Below are positions 18,004 through 27,612 of a stretch of DNA of 47,518 nucleotides, in pieces (the first letter of the stretch is position 1; every line of letters starts with the position of its first letter). Source of the stretch: Gemmatimonadota bacterium. Lineage in GTDB: Bacteria; Latescibacterota; UBA2968; UBA8231. A program made the position numbers and the translations under genes. Location of the stretch: assembly GCA_038128265.1 (NCBI GenBank), contig JAYPJE010000001.1:1-47518 (forward strand), written 5' to 3'. The notes beneath the pieces were generated by a model that saw only the letters and a list, made by a program, of their open reading frames with translations, made no database searches and was not told where the DNA came from.

Positions 18004-18606
18004 ATGGAAAACTCAAGTGTGAGAAAGCAAGTGCGGGGAAGCGGCGTGCCGGTGCGCGGAGCCGATATCGATACCGACCGCATTATTCCCGCGCGCTACT
18101 TGCGCACCGTGACGTTCGAAAATTTGGGCGAACACGCCTTTGAAGACGACCGTGCCGGTGGAGGCCATCCCTTTGACGAACCAAACTATCAGGGCGCGGG
18201 CGTGCTGGTGGCCAACGCCAACTTTGGCTGCGGATCGTCGCGCGAGCATGCCCCGCAGGCGCTGATGCGTTGGGGCATCAAGGCCTTTGTCGCCGAGTCC
18301 TTTGCCGAGATTTTTTTCGGCAACTGCACGACGCTGGGTTTGCCCTGCGCGACGGCTACAGCCGACGATGTGCAGACGCTGCAGGCGGCCATTGAGGCCA
18401 ATCCGAGCCAGGAGATTGTCGTTGATGTCGAAGCGCGCACCGTGCGTTTCGACGGCGGTGAGATCGCCGTTTCCATTCCGAACGGCGTTCGCGAGCAGCT
18501 AGTGAGCGGAAACTGGGACTCGCTGGGCCAGCTGCTCGACGCCGAAGAAGATGTGCAGGCGCTGGCGGCCAAGCTGCCCTACGCGACGGCTTTTTCCGCC
18601 GCTTAG
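18004..18606 (+). CDS. leuD: 3-isopropylmalate dehydratase small subunit
   Basis: 'IDTDRIIPARYL', 'NFGCGSSREHAPQAL', 'SFAEIFFGN'. Confidence 0.97.
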   Translation: MENSSVRKQVRGSGVPVRGADIDTDRIIPARYLRTVTFENLGEHAFEDDRAGGGHPFDEPNYQGAGVLVANANFGCGSSREHAPQALMRWGIKAFVAESFAEIFFGNCTTLGLPCATATADDVQTLQAAIEANPSQEIVVDVEARTVRFDGGEIAVSIPNGVREQLVSGNWDSLGQLLDAEEDVQALAAKLPYATAFSAA

Positions 18607-18720
18607 CGCCAAGCGCGATGGGTTGAGGTGGGACGCAGCGCCGCTATTGTGCGCTAAAAAATCGGCTTGCTGTCCCACTGGCTGTCTGGAACGAGTAGTG
18701 CCTTATCGAGGAGCCGCCGT

Positions 18721-20322
18721 ATGTCCGAGCACATAGAAGTATACGATTCCACGCTGCGCGATGGGGCCCAGGCCGAGGGCATCTCCTACTCGCTGGAGGA
18801 TAAGCTGCTCATTGCGCGTCGCCTCGATCAGCTGGGAGTACACTACATAGAGGGCGGCTGGCCCAATCCAACCAACCCCAAAGACCTCGCCTTTTTCGAA
18901 CAGGTTAAGAAGCTCGGCCTCAGGGCCAAGGTGACTGCTTTCGGCAGCACGCGTCGGGCCACCAACGCGCCGGAAGAGGATGCCACCCTCAATACCCTGC
19001 TCAAGGCCGATACGCAGAGCATCGCGCTCTTCGGCAAGAGCTGGACGCTGCACGCGCTAGAGGTGCTGCGCACAACGCTCGATGAAAACGTGCAGCTTAT
19101 TGAGGATTCGGTTGCCTATATTGCGTCAAACGGCCGCGAGGTGATCTACGACGCCGAACACTTCTTTGACGGCTACAAGGCCGATCGCGACTATGCGCTA
19201 GAGACGCTCCGCGCCGCCGAGCGCGGCGGTGCGCGCATTCTCGTGCTGTGCGACACTAACGGCGGCACGCTGCCCGGTGAGATGGGTCGCATCATAGAAG
19301 ACGTCAAGGGACACATCGGCATCGACTTTGGTATCCACGCCCACAACGATGCCGGGGTTGGTGTGGCCAACAGTCTCATCGCCGTCGAGTTGGGTGCCGT
19401 GCAGGTGCAGGGCACGTTTAACGGCTACGGAGAGCGCTGCGGCAATGCCAACCTATGCTCGATTATTCCCAACTTAGACCTGAAGATGGAGCGCACTAGC
19501 ATCGGCCGTGAAAAGGTGCAAGAGCTGATGGAATTCTCCCTTTTTCTCAGCGAGGTGGCCAACGTCTACCACGACCATCGTCAGCCCTTTGTCGGCGAGA
19601 GCGCGTTTGCCCACAAGGGCGGTGCGCATATTGACGGTGTGATGAAAGTGGCGCACAGCTTTGAACACATCGATCCGGAATGGGTGGGCAACGAGCGGCG
19701 CTTTCTCGTTTCCGACCAGTCGGGTGGAGCTACGATCGTCAGCAAGCTAAAGCGCTTTCTGCCCGATATCGACAAGCGCGATCCACTGGTGGGCAAGGTG
19801 CTAGAGAAAGTGAAAGTGCTCGAAAACGAGGGGTACCAGTTTGAGGCGGCAGAGGGGTCGTTCGAACTGCTGGCGCGCCGCGAGCAGGGCCTTTACAGCG
19901 ATCTATTCGCGCTGGTCAACTTCCGCACCATAAGCCGCAAAACAGTTGGCGAGCTAGAAGACGCCGAAGCAATCGTCAAAGTGTCGGTCGAAGGCAATGT
20001 ATATCATACGGTGGCCAGCGGCGACGGTCCGGTCAACGCCCTCGACAGGGCGTTGCGCAAAGCGTTGGAAAATGAGTTTCCCAGCGTGCGCCAGGTGCAT
20101 TTGGAAGACTATAAGGTGCGCGTGCTGTCTAGCAGCGACGGAACGGCCGCTAAGGTCCGCGTGCTGATAGAGTCGTCGGATGGCAGCGATAGCTGGGGAA
20201 CGGTGGGCGTTTCGGAAAACGTCATTGATGCGAGCTGGTTGGCGCTGGCCGATAGCCTGCACTACAAGTTGATGAAAGATGCGCTGGCCGCCGGGGCCGT
20301 TGGCGAGTCCGCGACGCTTTAA
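18721..20322 (+). CDS. cimA: (R)-citramalate synthase
   Basis: 'YDSTLRDGAQAEG', 'YIEGGWP..NPKD', 'FGKSW', 'IYDAEHFFDGY', 'LCDTNGG', 'AFAHKGG.H', 'FEAAEGSFEL'. SD GAGGAG before ATG 18721. Confidence 0.9.
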   Translation: MSEHIEVYDSTLRDGAQAEGISYSLEDKLLIARRLDQLGVHYIEGGWPNPTNPKDLAFFEQVKKLGLRAKVTAFGSTRRATNAPEEDATLNTLLKADTQSIALFGKSWTLHALEVLRTTLDENVQLIEDSVAYIASNGREVIYDAEHFFDGYKADRDYALETLRAAERGGARILVLCDTNGGTLPGEMGRIIEDVKGHIGIDFGIHAHNDAGVGVANSLIAVELGAVQVQGTFNGYGERCGNANLCSIIPNLDLKMERTSIGREKVQELMEFSLFLSEVANVYHDHRQPFVGESAFAHKGGAHIDGVMKVAHSFEHIDPEWVGNERRFLVSDQSGGATIVSKLKRFLPDIDKRDPLVGKVLEKVKVLENEGYQFEAAEGSFELLARREQGLYSDLFALVNFRTISRKTVGELEDAEAIVKVSVEGNVYHTVASGDGPVNALDRALRKALENEFPSVRQVHLEDYKVRVLSSSDGTAAKVRVLIESSDGSDSWGTVGVSENVIDASWLALADSLHYKLMKDALAAGAVGESATL

Positions 20323-20345
20323 ACGCTCTTGAAGGAGAGAGGGAA

Positions 20346-21554
20346 GTGGATGCAATCGCAGGTGGAAATGCGTGTGCGCCGCTCGGCTTTCGCGCCGCGG
20401 GTGCGCACGGGGGTATTAAAGAGGGATCGACCAAGCTCGACGTTGCGCTGATTGTGTCCGATCGGCCCGCTAGCGCGGCGGCCGTGTATACGACGAATCT
20501 GGTGCAGGCCGCGCCGCTGCATCTGTGCCGAGCGTATCTGCGCGATGGCAGTGCCTGTGCCGTGGTGCTCAACTCGGGCAATGCCAACGCCTGCACAGGC
20601 GAACAGGGCCTCAGCGCCGCGCGCGCCATGAGCGCGCACGTAGCTAAGGGCTTGGGCGTCGATAGCGAAGACGTGCTCGTCTGCTCCACCGGAGTCATTG
20701 GGGTGCAGTTGCCTATGGAAGCGGTGGAGAATGGGATTGCCGGCGCGCTGGCGGCCCTGTCGGAAAACGGCGGCGACGATGCCGCGGTAGCAATTATGAC
20801 GACCGATACCGTTCCCAAGACCTGCGCCGTTTCGCTGGAATTGGACGGTCGGACCGTGCGCATCGGCGGCATGGCCAAGGGCTCGGGTATGATTGCGCCG
20901 AATATGGCGACGATGCTCGGCGTTGTTACCACCGACGCCAATGTGCCGCCCGCCCTGCTGCGCGAGATGCTGGCGCTGGCAGTTAAGCGCTCCTTTAACT
21001 GCATTACCGTCGATGGCGATATGAGCACAAACGATACGGTAATTGCCCTGGCCAACGGGGCGGCGGGCGGTGCCGAACTGCAGGCCGATACAGCCGCTGC
21101 AGCGGCTTTTGCCGAGGCGTTGGAGTCGGTTTGCCGCGAGCTGGCGCGCAAGATCGCCCGCGATGGTGAAGGAGCGACCAAGCTCGTTTCTATCGAGGTG
21201 AAGGGCGCGCGCAGCGAGGACGAAGCGCGCCAAGTGGGACTGAGCGTAGCCAATTCGAGCTTGGTGAAGACAGCTATTTTTGGCCGCGATCCAAACTGGG
21301 GTCGCATTCTCTGTGCCATGGGTTATGCCGGCGTATCGCTGGACCCACAAAAGGTTGAAGTCGCCCTGTGCGACACGCCCATTTACGGCAATGGATCGGG
21401 GCTGCCCTTTGATCACAAGGCGCTGGTAGAGGCGATGAGCGCAGCCGATATTCCCATTGCTATCGATTTGGCTTCGGGCGATGAGCGCGCGGAGATTTTT
21501 ACCTGCGATCTGAGCTACGACTACGTGCGTATCAACGCCGAATACACCACCTGA
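20346..21554 (+). CDS. argJ: Bifunctional ornithine acetyltransferase/N-acetylglutamate synthase
   Basis: 'NSGNANACTG', 'STGVIG', 'IMTTDT', 'KGSGMIAPNMATML', 'DGDMSTND', 'RDGEGATK', 'DLSYDYVRINAEYTT'. Confidence 0.97.
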   Translation: MDAIAGGNACAPLGFRAAGAHGGIKEGSTKLDVALIVSDRPASAAAVYTTNLVQAAPLHLCRAYLRDGSACAVVLNSGNANACTGEQGLSAARAMSAHVAKGLGVDSEDVLVCSTGVIGVQLPMEAVENGIAGALAALSENGGDDAAVAIMTTDTVPKTCAVSLELDGRTVRIGGMAKGSGMIAPNMATMLGVVTTDANVPPALLREMLALAVKRSFNCITVDGDMSTNDTVIALANGAAGGAELQADTAAAAAFAEALESVCRELARKIARDGEGATKLVSIEVKGARSEDEARQVGLSVANSSLVKTAIFGRDPNWGRILCAMGYAGVSLDPQKVEVALCDTPIYGNGSGLPFDHKALVEAMSAADIPIAIDLASGDERAEIFTCDLSYDYVRINAEYTT

Positions 21555-21564
21555 GGAGAGCCCC

Positions 21565-22761
21565 ATGCCGCTATCTGAAAACGTACAGCGCGTCCAGCCC
21601 TCGGTAACTATGCAAATATCGGCGCGTGCCGCCGCGCTCAAGCGCGAAGGCGTGGACGTCGTCGCACTCTCGGCCGGCGAGCCGGATTTTGATACGCCAG
21701 ACAATATTAAGGACGCGGGAATTCGCGCGATACAGGATGGCTTTACCAAGTATACGACTCCCAGCTCGGGCATTATCGAGCTGAAGGAGGCCATCAGCGC
21801 TAAGTTTAAACGCGACAACGGGCTCGAATACGCCGTCGATGCCATAACGGTAAACAACGGGGCCAAGCATTCGCTCTTTTTGGCTGTAGCTGCTGTGCTC
21901 AATCCGGGCGATGAGGTCATTATTCCCACGCCCTACTGGGTGACCTACAGCGAACAGCCGCGCCTAGTTGGGGCACAGCCGGTCATCGTTGAGACCAAGG
22001 CGGAAAACGGCTTGAAGCTAACGGCCGAGGAATTTCGAGCGGCCATTACACCCAAGACGCGCATGCTCTTTCTCTGCACGCCGTCCAATCCGAGCGGAGC
22101 GGTGTACGAGCGTGACGAGCTGCAGGCGCTGGCCGACGTTGCTGTCCAACACGGCATCTACGTGCTGAGCGATGAAATTTACGAAAAGTTGATTTATGAC
22201 GGCGCCCAACACCATTCGATTGCCGCTCTGGGCAGCGAGATTAAGGATCTGACCATCGTGGTTAACGGCGTTTCCAAGGCCTATGCCATGACGGGGTGGC
22301 GCATAGGCTATGCGGGAGCCCATCCCGAGGTCATCAACGGCATGAATAAAGTGCAGATGCAGGAGGTGTCGCACCCCAGCTCCATATCGCAAAAAGCGGC
22401 CGTAGAAGCGCTCAACGGACCTCAGGAGTCGATTGGGGAAATGCGCGTAGCCTTTGATGCGCGTCGACGCTATATGGTCGATCGTCTCAACGCTATACGC
22501 GGCGTGCAGTGCACGCTGCCGCAGGGGGCCTTCTACGCCTATCCGGATGTCCGTGCCTTTTATGGCCGCAGCGCCGGTGAGCGTGCCATCGGCGATTCGG
22601 TTGCGCTCTGTGAATATCTCTTGGAAGAAGGCAAAGTGGCCTGCGTGCCCGGTGCTGGCTTTGGCACGCACGAGCACATCCGCCTGTCCTACGCCACGTC
22701 TATGGAGCTAATAGAAAAGGCCATGGATCGGGTGGAAAATGCGTTAAATAAATTGAGTTAG
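21565..22761 (+). CDS. aspC: Class I/II PLP aminotransferase (aspartate aminotransferase-like)
   Basis: 'AGEPDFDTP', 'PYWVTY', 'PSNPSG', 'SDEIYE', 'NGVSKAYAMTGWRIGY', 'RLSYATS'. Confidence 0.85.
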   Translation: MPLSENVQRVQPSVTMQISARAAALKREGVDVVALSAGEPDFDTPDNIKDAGIRAIQDGFTKYTTPSSGIIELKEAISAKFKRDNGLEYAVDAITVNNGAKHSLFLAVAAVLNPGDEVIIPTPYWVTYSEQPRLVGAQPVIVETKAENGLKLTAEEFRAAITPKTRMLFLCTPSNPSGAVYERDELQALADVAVQHGIYVLSDEIYEKLIYDGAQHHSIAALGSEIKDLTIVVNGVSKAYAMTGWRIGYAGAHPEVINGMNKVQMQEVSHPSSISQKAAVEALNGPQESIGEMRVAFDARRRYMVDRLNAIRGVQCTLPQGAFYAYPDVRAFYGRSAGERAIGDSVALCEYLLEEGKVACVPGAGFGTHEHIRLSYATSMELIEKAMDRVENALNKLS

Positions 22762-22838
22762 CAGAACAAATGCGCCTACTGGGTGTCTATATACTGCGGT
22801 GATGGCCCTGTATTAAATACCCGGCGAAAGGGTTTGAC

Positions 22839-23798
22839 GTGAATAACAATTTCCACCTCGACTTTGAGCGGCCCATTGTCGAGTTAGAGAAGAAAATAGA
22901 AGAGCTGTCGGAGCAGGCCGATACGGGCGGTCTCGAACTCGATCGAGAAATAGCCCATCTGCAGGCGCGGGTCGAGGAACAGCGCCAGAAAATCTACAGC
23001 GATCTCAGCTCGTGGCAGAAAGTGCAGATATCGCGCCATCCGAACCGGCCCTATGCGCTAGACTATGTCGAGCGCATGCTGAGCGATTTTCGCGAGTTAC
23101 ACGGAGATCGCTACTACGGAGACGATCCTTCCGTCGTCGGTGGGCCGGCGCGGCTCGACGGCGAGTCGATTATGGTCGTTGGCATCCAGAGCGGGCGCAA
23201 CCTAGAGGAGCGCCAGCGGCGCAACTTCGGCATGCCACATCCCGAGGGATATCGCAAGGCGCTGCGCCTGATGAAAATGGCTGCCAAATTCAATATGCCC
23301 ATTCTGACGATGGTCGATACATCGGGTGCGTATCCCGGCGTCGAGGCCGAAGAGCGAGGACAGGCCGAGGCGATTGCGCGCAACCTATACGAAATGTCAC
23401 ACCTGCGCGTGCCCATCGTCGTCGCCATAACGGGTCAGGCTTTTAGCGGTGGCGCCATTGGCATAACGGTTGGGGACCGCATCTTGATGATGGAGCATTC
23501 CTGTTATTCAGTGATTGTCCCGGAGAGCTGTTCGACGATTCTCTTCAAGGTGCGCGAGCGCAAAGAAGAGGCTGCCGAAGCGCTCAAGCTGACGGCGGAA
23601 GACCTGCAGCAAGAGGGCATTATCGACCGAATTGTCAGCGAGCCGTTTGGTGGGGCCCACCGCAACTGGGACGAGTCGGCTGCCAGCTTAAAACGACACA
23701 TTCTCGAAGCGTTAGCCGAGCTGCGCGCCCTTTCGTCCGAAGAATTGATCGCGCAGCGCATCGAAAAATTTTCGGCGATGGCGCGATTTGAGGAATAG
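22839..23798 (+). CDS. accA: Acetyl-CoA carboxylase carboxyltransferase alpha subunit
   Basis: 'LDFERPI.ELE.KI', 'RHPNRP', 'NFGMPHPEGYRKALRLM', 'AEERGQAEAIARNL', 'EPFGGAHR'. Confidence 0.96.
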   Translation: MNNNFHLDFERPIVELEKKIEELSEQADTGGLELDREIAHLQARVEEQRQKIYSDLSSWQKVQISRHPNRPYALDYVERMLSDFRELHGDRYYGDDPSVVGGPARLDGESIMVVGIQSGRNLEERQRRNFGMPHPEGYRKALRLMKMAAKFNMPILTMVDTSGAYPGVEAEERGQAEAIARNLYEMSHLRVPIVVAITGQAFSGGAIGITVGDRILMMEHSCYSVIVPESCSTILFKVRERKEEAAEALKLTAEDLQQEGIIDRIVSEPFGGAHRNWDESAASLKRHILEALAELRALSSEELIAQRIEKFSAMARFEE

Positions 23799-23816
23799 GC
23801 CGCACGGGTGAAACCT

Positions 23817-23861
23817 AAAAGGCCCCCCGCACCACACGGTGCGGGGGGCCTTTCGTTTTTT
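23817..23861. terminator. Bidirectional Rho-independent terminator
   Basis: AAAGGCCCCCCGCACC-acac-GGTGCGGGGGGCCTTT perfect stem with A-tract before and T-tract after, between convergent genes. Confidence 0.9.
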
Positions 23862-23878
23862 GCCAATGGCAGAGACGG

Positions 23879-24823
23879 TCAGATCCGGCGAATTCGGTCG
23901 AGCAGGCGCTCTAGGCGATCAAAGGCGACGCGGATCATGTCTTCGTCCCAGTCGCCATCGATATTTATGCTGACCACCGAGCGCACAACGTCTAAATAGG
24001 CCTTTTGCTGTTCGGTGAGCGGGCGCGGCGGGCGGTCCTGGAAGCTGGGCGCTGTAGACTGGGCCGCCGGCGCCGATTCGCCGCGTTCTTGGCGCTGGCT
24101 GCTGCGTTCTTGGCGCTGCTGGGCCTGTGTCTGGCCGCGCTCTTGCTGCCGACTGTCGCGGCTTTCGCGACTGCGCTCCTGCGGCGGGCGCTCTCTGCTG
24201 TTGCTGCGCGCGGCAGGAGCCTCTTCTTTGGCTTCCTCTGCAGCATCTTTCTCTTTGACGGGCTCCGCGGCTTTTTCGGCCGGTTCTGCAGCGGCTTTTT
24301 TCTTTTGCGCACTGGCTGGCGGCTCGCCAAAGTCCGCTTCGCCATTCAGGTATTTAAAAAACATCTTCATCTTGTTGGCCGAATCGCGTCCCATACCCGT
24401 GCGCTCGCGAAAATACTCGACGATCTCCTCGTCGTTCATCTCGCCGCTCTTTTCCTGCTCTTCCAGCAGGTCTTTGTAGAGGTCGCGCTGTACTTCGGCC
24501 AGCGCAAATGCGCGCGTCTCCGTGCTAATCACGCGGTGTAATAGCGGCGTGGGATGTTGGTCGCGGTCGATGAGTTTCATCGCTTCGATACCGCGCAGAA
24601 AGCGATAGATCATCGACGGAGTGCGAATGATGGCCCGCACGTAGTCGCGGTCAATCTGCTCGGGCACTTTACTCTCCAAGCGCGCCAAGAATTTTTCAAA
24701 CTGCACCTTGGTTATGTACGGATACCAAGTCTTTGTTTGACGACCGCCGTCGCCGCCGTCTTGCACTTCCTCTTCGGAAGCCTCGGCCTGGGGTTCGTTG
24801 CTTTCTTCCATGGAACTCTCCAT
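23879..24823 (-). CDS. Hypothetical protein, DUF5343-like N-terminal domain plus low-complexity charged linker
   Basis: 'YPYIT...FEKFL..LESKVPEQIDRDY...IEAMKLID...HPTPL' resembles DUF5343; long E/K/A/R/Q-rich disordered region; short helical C-terminus. Start may be 24811. Confidence 0.6.
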   Translation of the reverse strand: MESSMEESNEPQAEASEEEVQDGGDGGRQTKTWYPYITKVQFEKFLARLESKVPEQIDRDYVRAIIRTPSMIYRFLRGIEAMKLIDRDQHPTPLLHRVISTETRAFALAEVQRDLYKDLLEEQEKSGEMNDEEIVEYFRERTGMGRDSANKMKMFFKYLNGEADFGEPPASAQKKKAAAEPAEKAAEPVKEKDAAEEAKEEAPAARSNSRERPPQERSRESRDSRQQERGQTQAQQRQERSSQRQERGESAPAAQSTAPSFQDRPPRPLTEQQKAYLDVVRSVVSINIDGDWDEDMIRVAFDRLERLLDRIRRI

Positions 24824-24855
24824 ATCTTGGATGGTTGACCTGGCGCCAGCGCTCG

Positions 24856-25215
24856 TTATGCGCTCTGTGCGTACTCGACCGTGACGACCGTGCTGATCCC
24901 TCCACGCACGTTAAAATCCCCTATGACGGTCATGCGTCGCGGTGCACAGGCGGCTACGAGGTCTTCCAGTATTGAGTTGGTCACAGCTTCGTGGAAAATA
25001 CCCTGGTCGCGAAATGACCAGAGGTAGAGCTTGAGCGACTTCAGTTCGATGCATTTCTCATCCGGCACATAGCGTATGCGGATCGTGCCAAAGTCGGGTT
25101 GCCCGGTCTTTGGGCACACTGCAGTGAACTCCGGACATTCCATCTCTATGGTATAGTCGCGCCCGGGATAGGGATTGGCAAAAGTGTCTAGCGTTTTGTT
25201 TGGCTCGGTGGACAT
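24856..25215 (-). CDS. queF: NADPH-dependent preQ0 reductase (unimodular QueF)
   Basis: '[16 protein letters not shown]', QueF motif '[17 protein letters not shown]', 'FNVRGGI'. Confidence 0.96.
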   Translation of the reverse strand: MSTEPNKTLDTFANPYPGRDYTIEMECPEFTAVCPKTGQPDFGTIRIRYVPDEKCIELKSLKLYLWSFRDQGIFHEAVTNSILEDLVAACAPRRMTVIGDFNVRGGISTVVTVEYAQSA

Positions 25216-25271
25216 ATCTCTGTTATTCTCGGGTGAAAGACTGAGAATATAAGGATAAAAGGCCGCTTTGG

Positions 25272-26858
25272 CTATGCGCCGCCGAGGAAGTGGCGGATGG
25301 CGTTGGCCGTTAGGCTCGAGACAATATCGTCGACCAGGATCGAACTCGGGTAGGTTATGGAACCAGCCGAAAATACGCCGCCGCCGCTCGGCGTGTCGTA
25401 GAAGGTGATTTCGGCACCGCCGCGATCTGGATTTAGGCCGCGCGCCACGACGTGGACATTGGCCGGCGAGGAGGGCGAGGTCTTGTCCGTCTCGTGGCCG
25501 GATGCACCGCCGGGAATGCGCTCGTGTAAGCTTTGCTGTCCGAATACATCGCCGTTGCGCACGCCGGTGCCGTTAAAGAGCCAGTGATCGGCATCGACGA
25601 CTTCGTAGGGTGCTGCCGTCATAATGCCCGCATCCGTATAGACCACGCCTAGCAGGTTGGCCTCCGACTCATTGTAAATGTGGAAGCGGCTCTCCAGACC
25701 GCGCGCCTGCATATCGCGGGCATTGCCATTTTTGACCTTCATCGTCTGCGCGTCGAGCATTTCTATTTCGCAGTTGAGGCCGTTGCCTCCCAAGTAGAGC
25801 AGTGTGCCTCCGCGTTCGTGTACCCACGCCTTGAGGTCGTAATACATCTTGCTGGACCAGTATTCGGGGTGCGTGGTGATAATGAGGACCTTGTAGGCAT
25901 CGAGGTCGAGCTTGCCCTCGTGTAAATGGCTTTCGGCGTAGAGGTCGTAGTCAAAGCCCTCGCGCTCCATCCAGCCAATAAAGCGCCATTCGGCCGGAGC
26001 CACGTGGCAGGCCGCGCGCCCGGCAATGGGGTCGGTAATCTGCACGTCCTCGGGGATGTGATTGATTGGTTCGGGGCGATCAAAGGAGAGCGGTGCGTAG
26101 TCTTCCGTATCGTAGTTGATATGGTCCGGATCGGTGTAGCGCTTGAGCTCGAGGCGCGCATTAATCGTCGGTGTGGGCGGAAAGCGATCCGAATGAATGT
26201 AGTTGGAACGGCCGCCAAAGCTGTTGTAGGCATTCCAGTTGATATTGGATGCCAGCACGGCGATATCGCTCTGCGGCTGTGCCGGTGCGACGATCCATGG
26301 GAAGGAGAAAAACGCACCCGATTCGCCTTTTGCGTGGAAATAGTACAGGCCGGAGCGCTCGGGGGCCGTGACGTACTGTTTGTGATGAGGGCTGGTATAA
26401 CCAAACTTATTCCACATGACGCCCGTCTGCGTATAGTCGCCGTCGGGCGTAATCTGCATAGTGGCGCGTGCGCCGTGCTCGTCGTACCAGCCGAGCGAAC
26501 GCACGTGCTCTTTGCGATAGCCGTAGCGCCACAGGTCGAGCCGATAGGCCTCTAGCGCGTGCACGCGAAACTCCGACTTCTCGCCCGAGCGCACCCACTT
26601 GGGCCAGGCGTAGCCGAGCAGCTGGTGGGAGAGCAGACGAAACTGGTAGGGGTGATCCGGGTCGGCGTTAAATTCGACGCGCTTGGGGCCAAAGCCGTCC
26701 TTCTGTATGGTCGCCGTGTAGGTACCTGCTTCAATATCGGCATATACCGAACCGCTAGCGCTGGAGCGCGCCGATACGACGCCGCGTTCGCTGGTAAATT
26801 CAAAGAGCACATCCGCCAGGGCCAAGTAGCGCTCATCACTCACGTATCCGACTAGCAT
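25272..26858 (-). CDS. N,N-dimethylformamidase beta-subunit-like protein with N-terminal carboxypeptidase-regulatory-like domain
   Basis: Start MLVGYVSDE (SD AGAGG). 'SGLYYFH', '[14 protein letters not shown]', 'SFDRP', 'HPEYWS', 'YLGGN', 'GHETD', 'GGVFSAGSI'. Confidence 0.75.
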   Translation of the reverse strand: MLVGYVSDERYLALADVLFEFTSERGVVSARSSASGSVYADIEAGTYTATIQKDGFGPKRVEFNADPDHPYQFRLLSHQLLGYAWPKWVRSGEKSEFRVHALEAYRLDLWRYGYRKEHVRSLGWYDEHGARATMQITPDGDYTQTGVMWNKFGYTSPHHKQYVTAPERSGLYYFHAKGESGAFFSFPWIVAPAQPQSDIAVLASNINWNAYNSFGGRSNYIHSDRFPPTPTINARLELKRYTDPDHINYDTEDYAPLSFDRPEPINHIPEDVQITDPIAGRAACHVAPAEWRFIGWMEREGFDYDLYAESHLHEGKLDLDAYKVLIITTHPEYWSSKMYYDLKAWVHERGGTLLYLGGNGLNCEIEMLDAQTMKVKNGNARDMQARGLESRFHIYNESEANLLGVVYTDAGIMTAAPYEVVDADHWLFNGTGVRNGDVFGQQSLHERIPGGASGHETDKTSPSSPANVHVVARGLNPDRGGAEITFYDTPSGGGVFSAGSITYPSSILVDDIVSSLTANAIRHFLGGA

Positions 26859-26859
26859 G

Positions 26860-27522
26860 TCAATCCTCTTTTCGGTAGGGTATGGGGTCCTCCATACCGT
26901 GTTTGGCAAAGCCATTTAGGCGCATTCGACAGCTGGTGCAGCGACCGCACGCCAGGTTTTCGCTCTGGTAGCAGGACCAGGTCAGGTGCAAGGGGGCTTG
27001 CAGGTCCAAGCCCTTCTGTATGATACCGGCCTTGTCCAGAGCGATTAGCGGTGCGCGCACCTCGATATGGGTGTTGGGCCGCGTTCCCACCTGCACCGCG
27101 TGGTTGTAGGCGTCAATAAACTCGCTGCGGCAGTCTGGGTAGGCGCTCTCCTCTTGATGGGCTCCGATGTAAACGGCCTCAGCGCCCAATACTTCGGCCC
27201 AGGCCACGCCAATACCCAATAGGTTGGCATTGCGAAAGGGCACATAGGTGCTGGGCACGCCGGCCTCTTCGCGCGTGGGAATGGGCAATTCGGGGTCAAC
27301 TAGGCTCGATCCGCCGATTTGGCGCATAAAGCCGACGTCGACGACGAGGCGTTCTGCGGCCTCGAAATGGTCAGCCAGTGCATCAAAGGCGCGCCGCTCG
27401 CGCTGCTGTGTGCGCTGTTGGTAGTTCAGATGGAGAAAGGCTAGCGCGTGCTCTTGCGCTGCGATAGCGGCCGTGACGCAGGAATCGAGGCCGCCGCTGA
27501 CGAGTAGTACGGCCGTTGACAT
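26860..27522 (-). CDS. queC: 7-cyano-7-deazaguanine synthase
   Basis: 'SGGLDS', 'STYVPFRN', 'YPDCR', 'TWSCY....ACGRCTSC..R'. Confidence 0.95.
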   Translation of the reverse strand: MSTAVLLVSGGLDSCVTAAIAAQEHALAFLHLNYQQRTQQRERRAFDALADHFEAAERLVVDVGFMRQIGGSSLVDPELPIPTREEAGVPSTYVPFRNANLLGIGVAWAEVLGAEAVYIGAHQEESAYPDCRSEFIDAYNHAVQVGTRPNTHIEVRAPLIALDKAGIIQKGLDLQAPLHLTWSCYQSENLACGRCTSCRMRLNGFAKHGMEDPIPYRKED

Positions 27523-27552
27523 AGGGGCAAAGATTGGTGGTCGGCCAGTGCG

Positions 27553-27590
27553 TGTCAAGCTATTGACAGGCTAGGGGCATCACCTAGATT
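27553..27590. promoter_or_regulatory. Back-to-back -35 elements/divergent promoter region for queC and ispH
   Basis: Palindrome TGTCAA-gcta-TTGACA (27553-27568); on the + strand TTGACA-16 nt-TAGATT. Confidence 0.45.
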
Positions 27591-27612
27591 CGGTAGGTGT
27601 CAGGAGGTATAC

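Noticed and set aside
20319..21929. 536-aa minus-strand ORF (also 20222..21319)
   Set aside because: Antisense shadow of argJ and the aminotransferase; long shadow ORFs are expected in GC-rich, codon-biased DNA, and it has no recognisable motifs.
27523..27612. preQ1 riboswitch upstream of queC (or queF)
   Set aside because: The spacer is very short and no preQ1-type stem with A-rich tail was recognisable.
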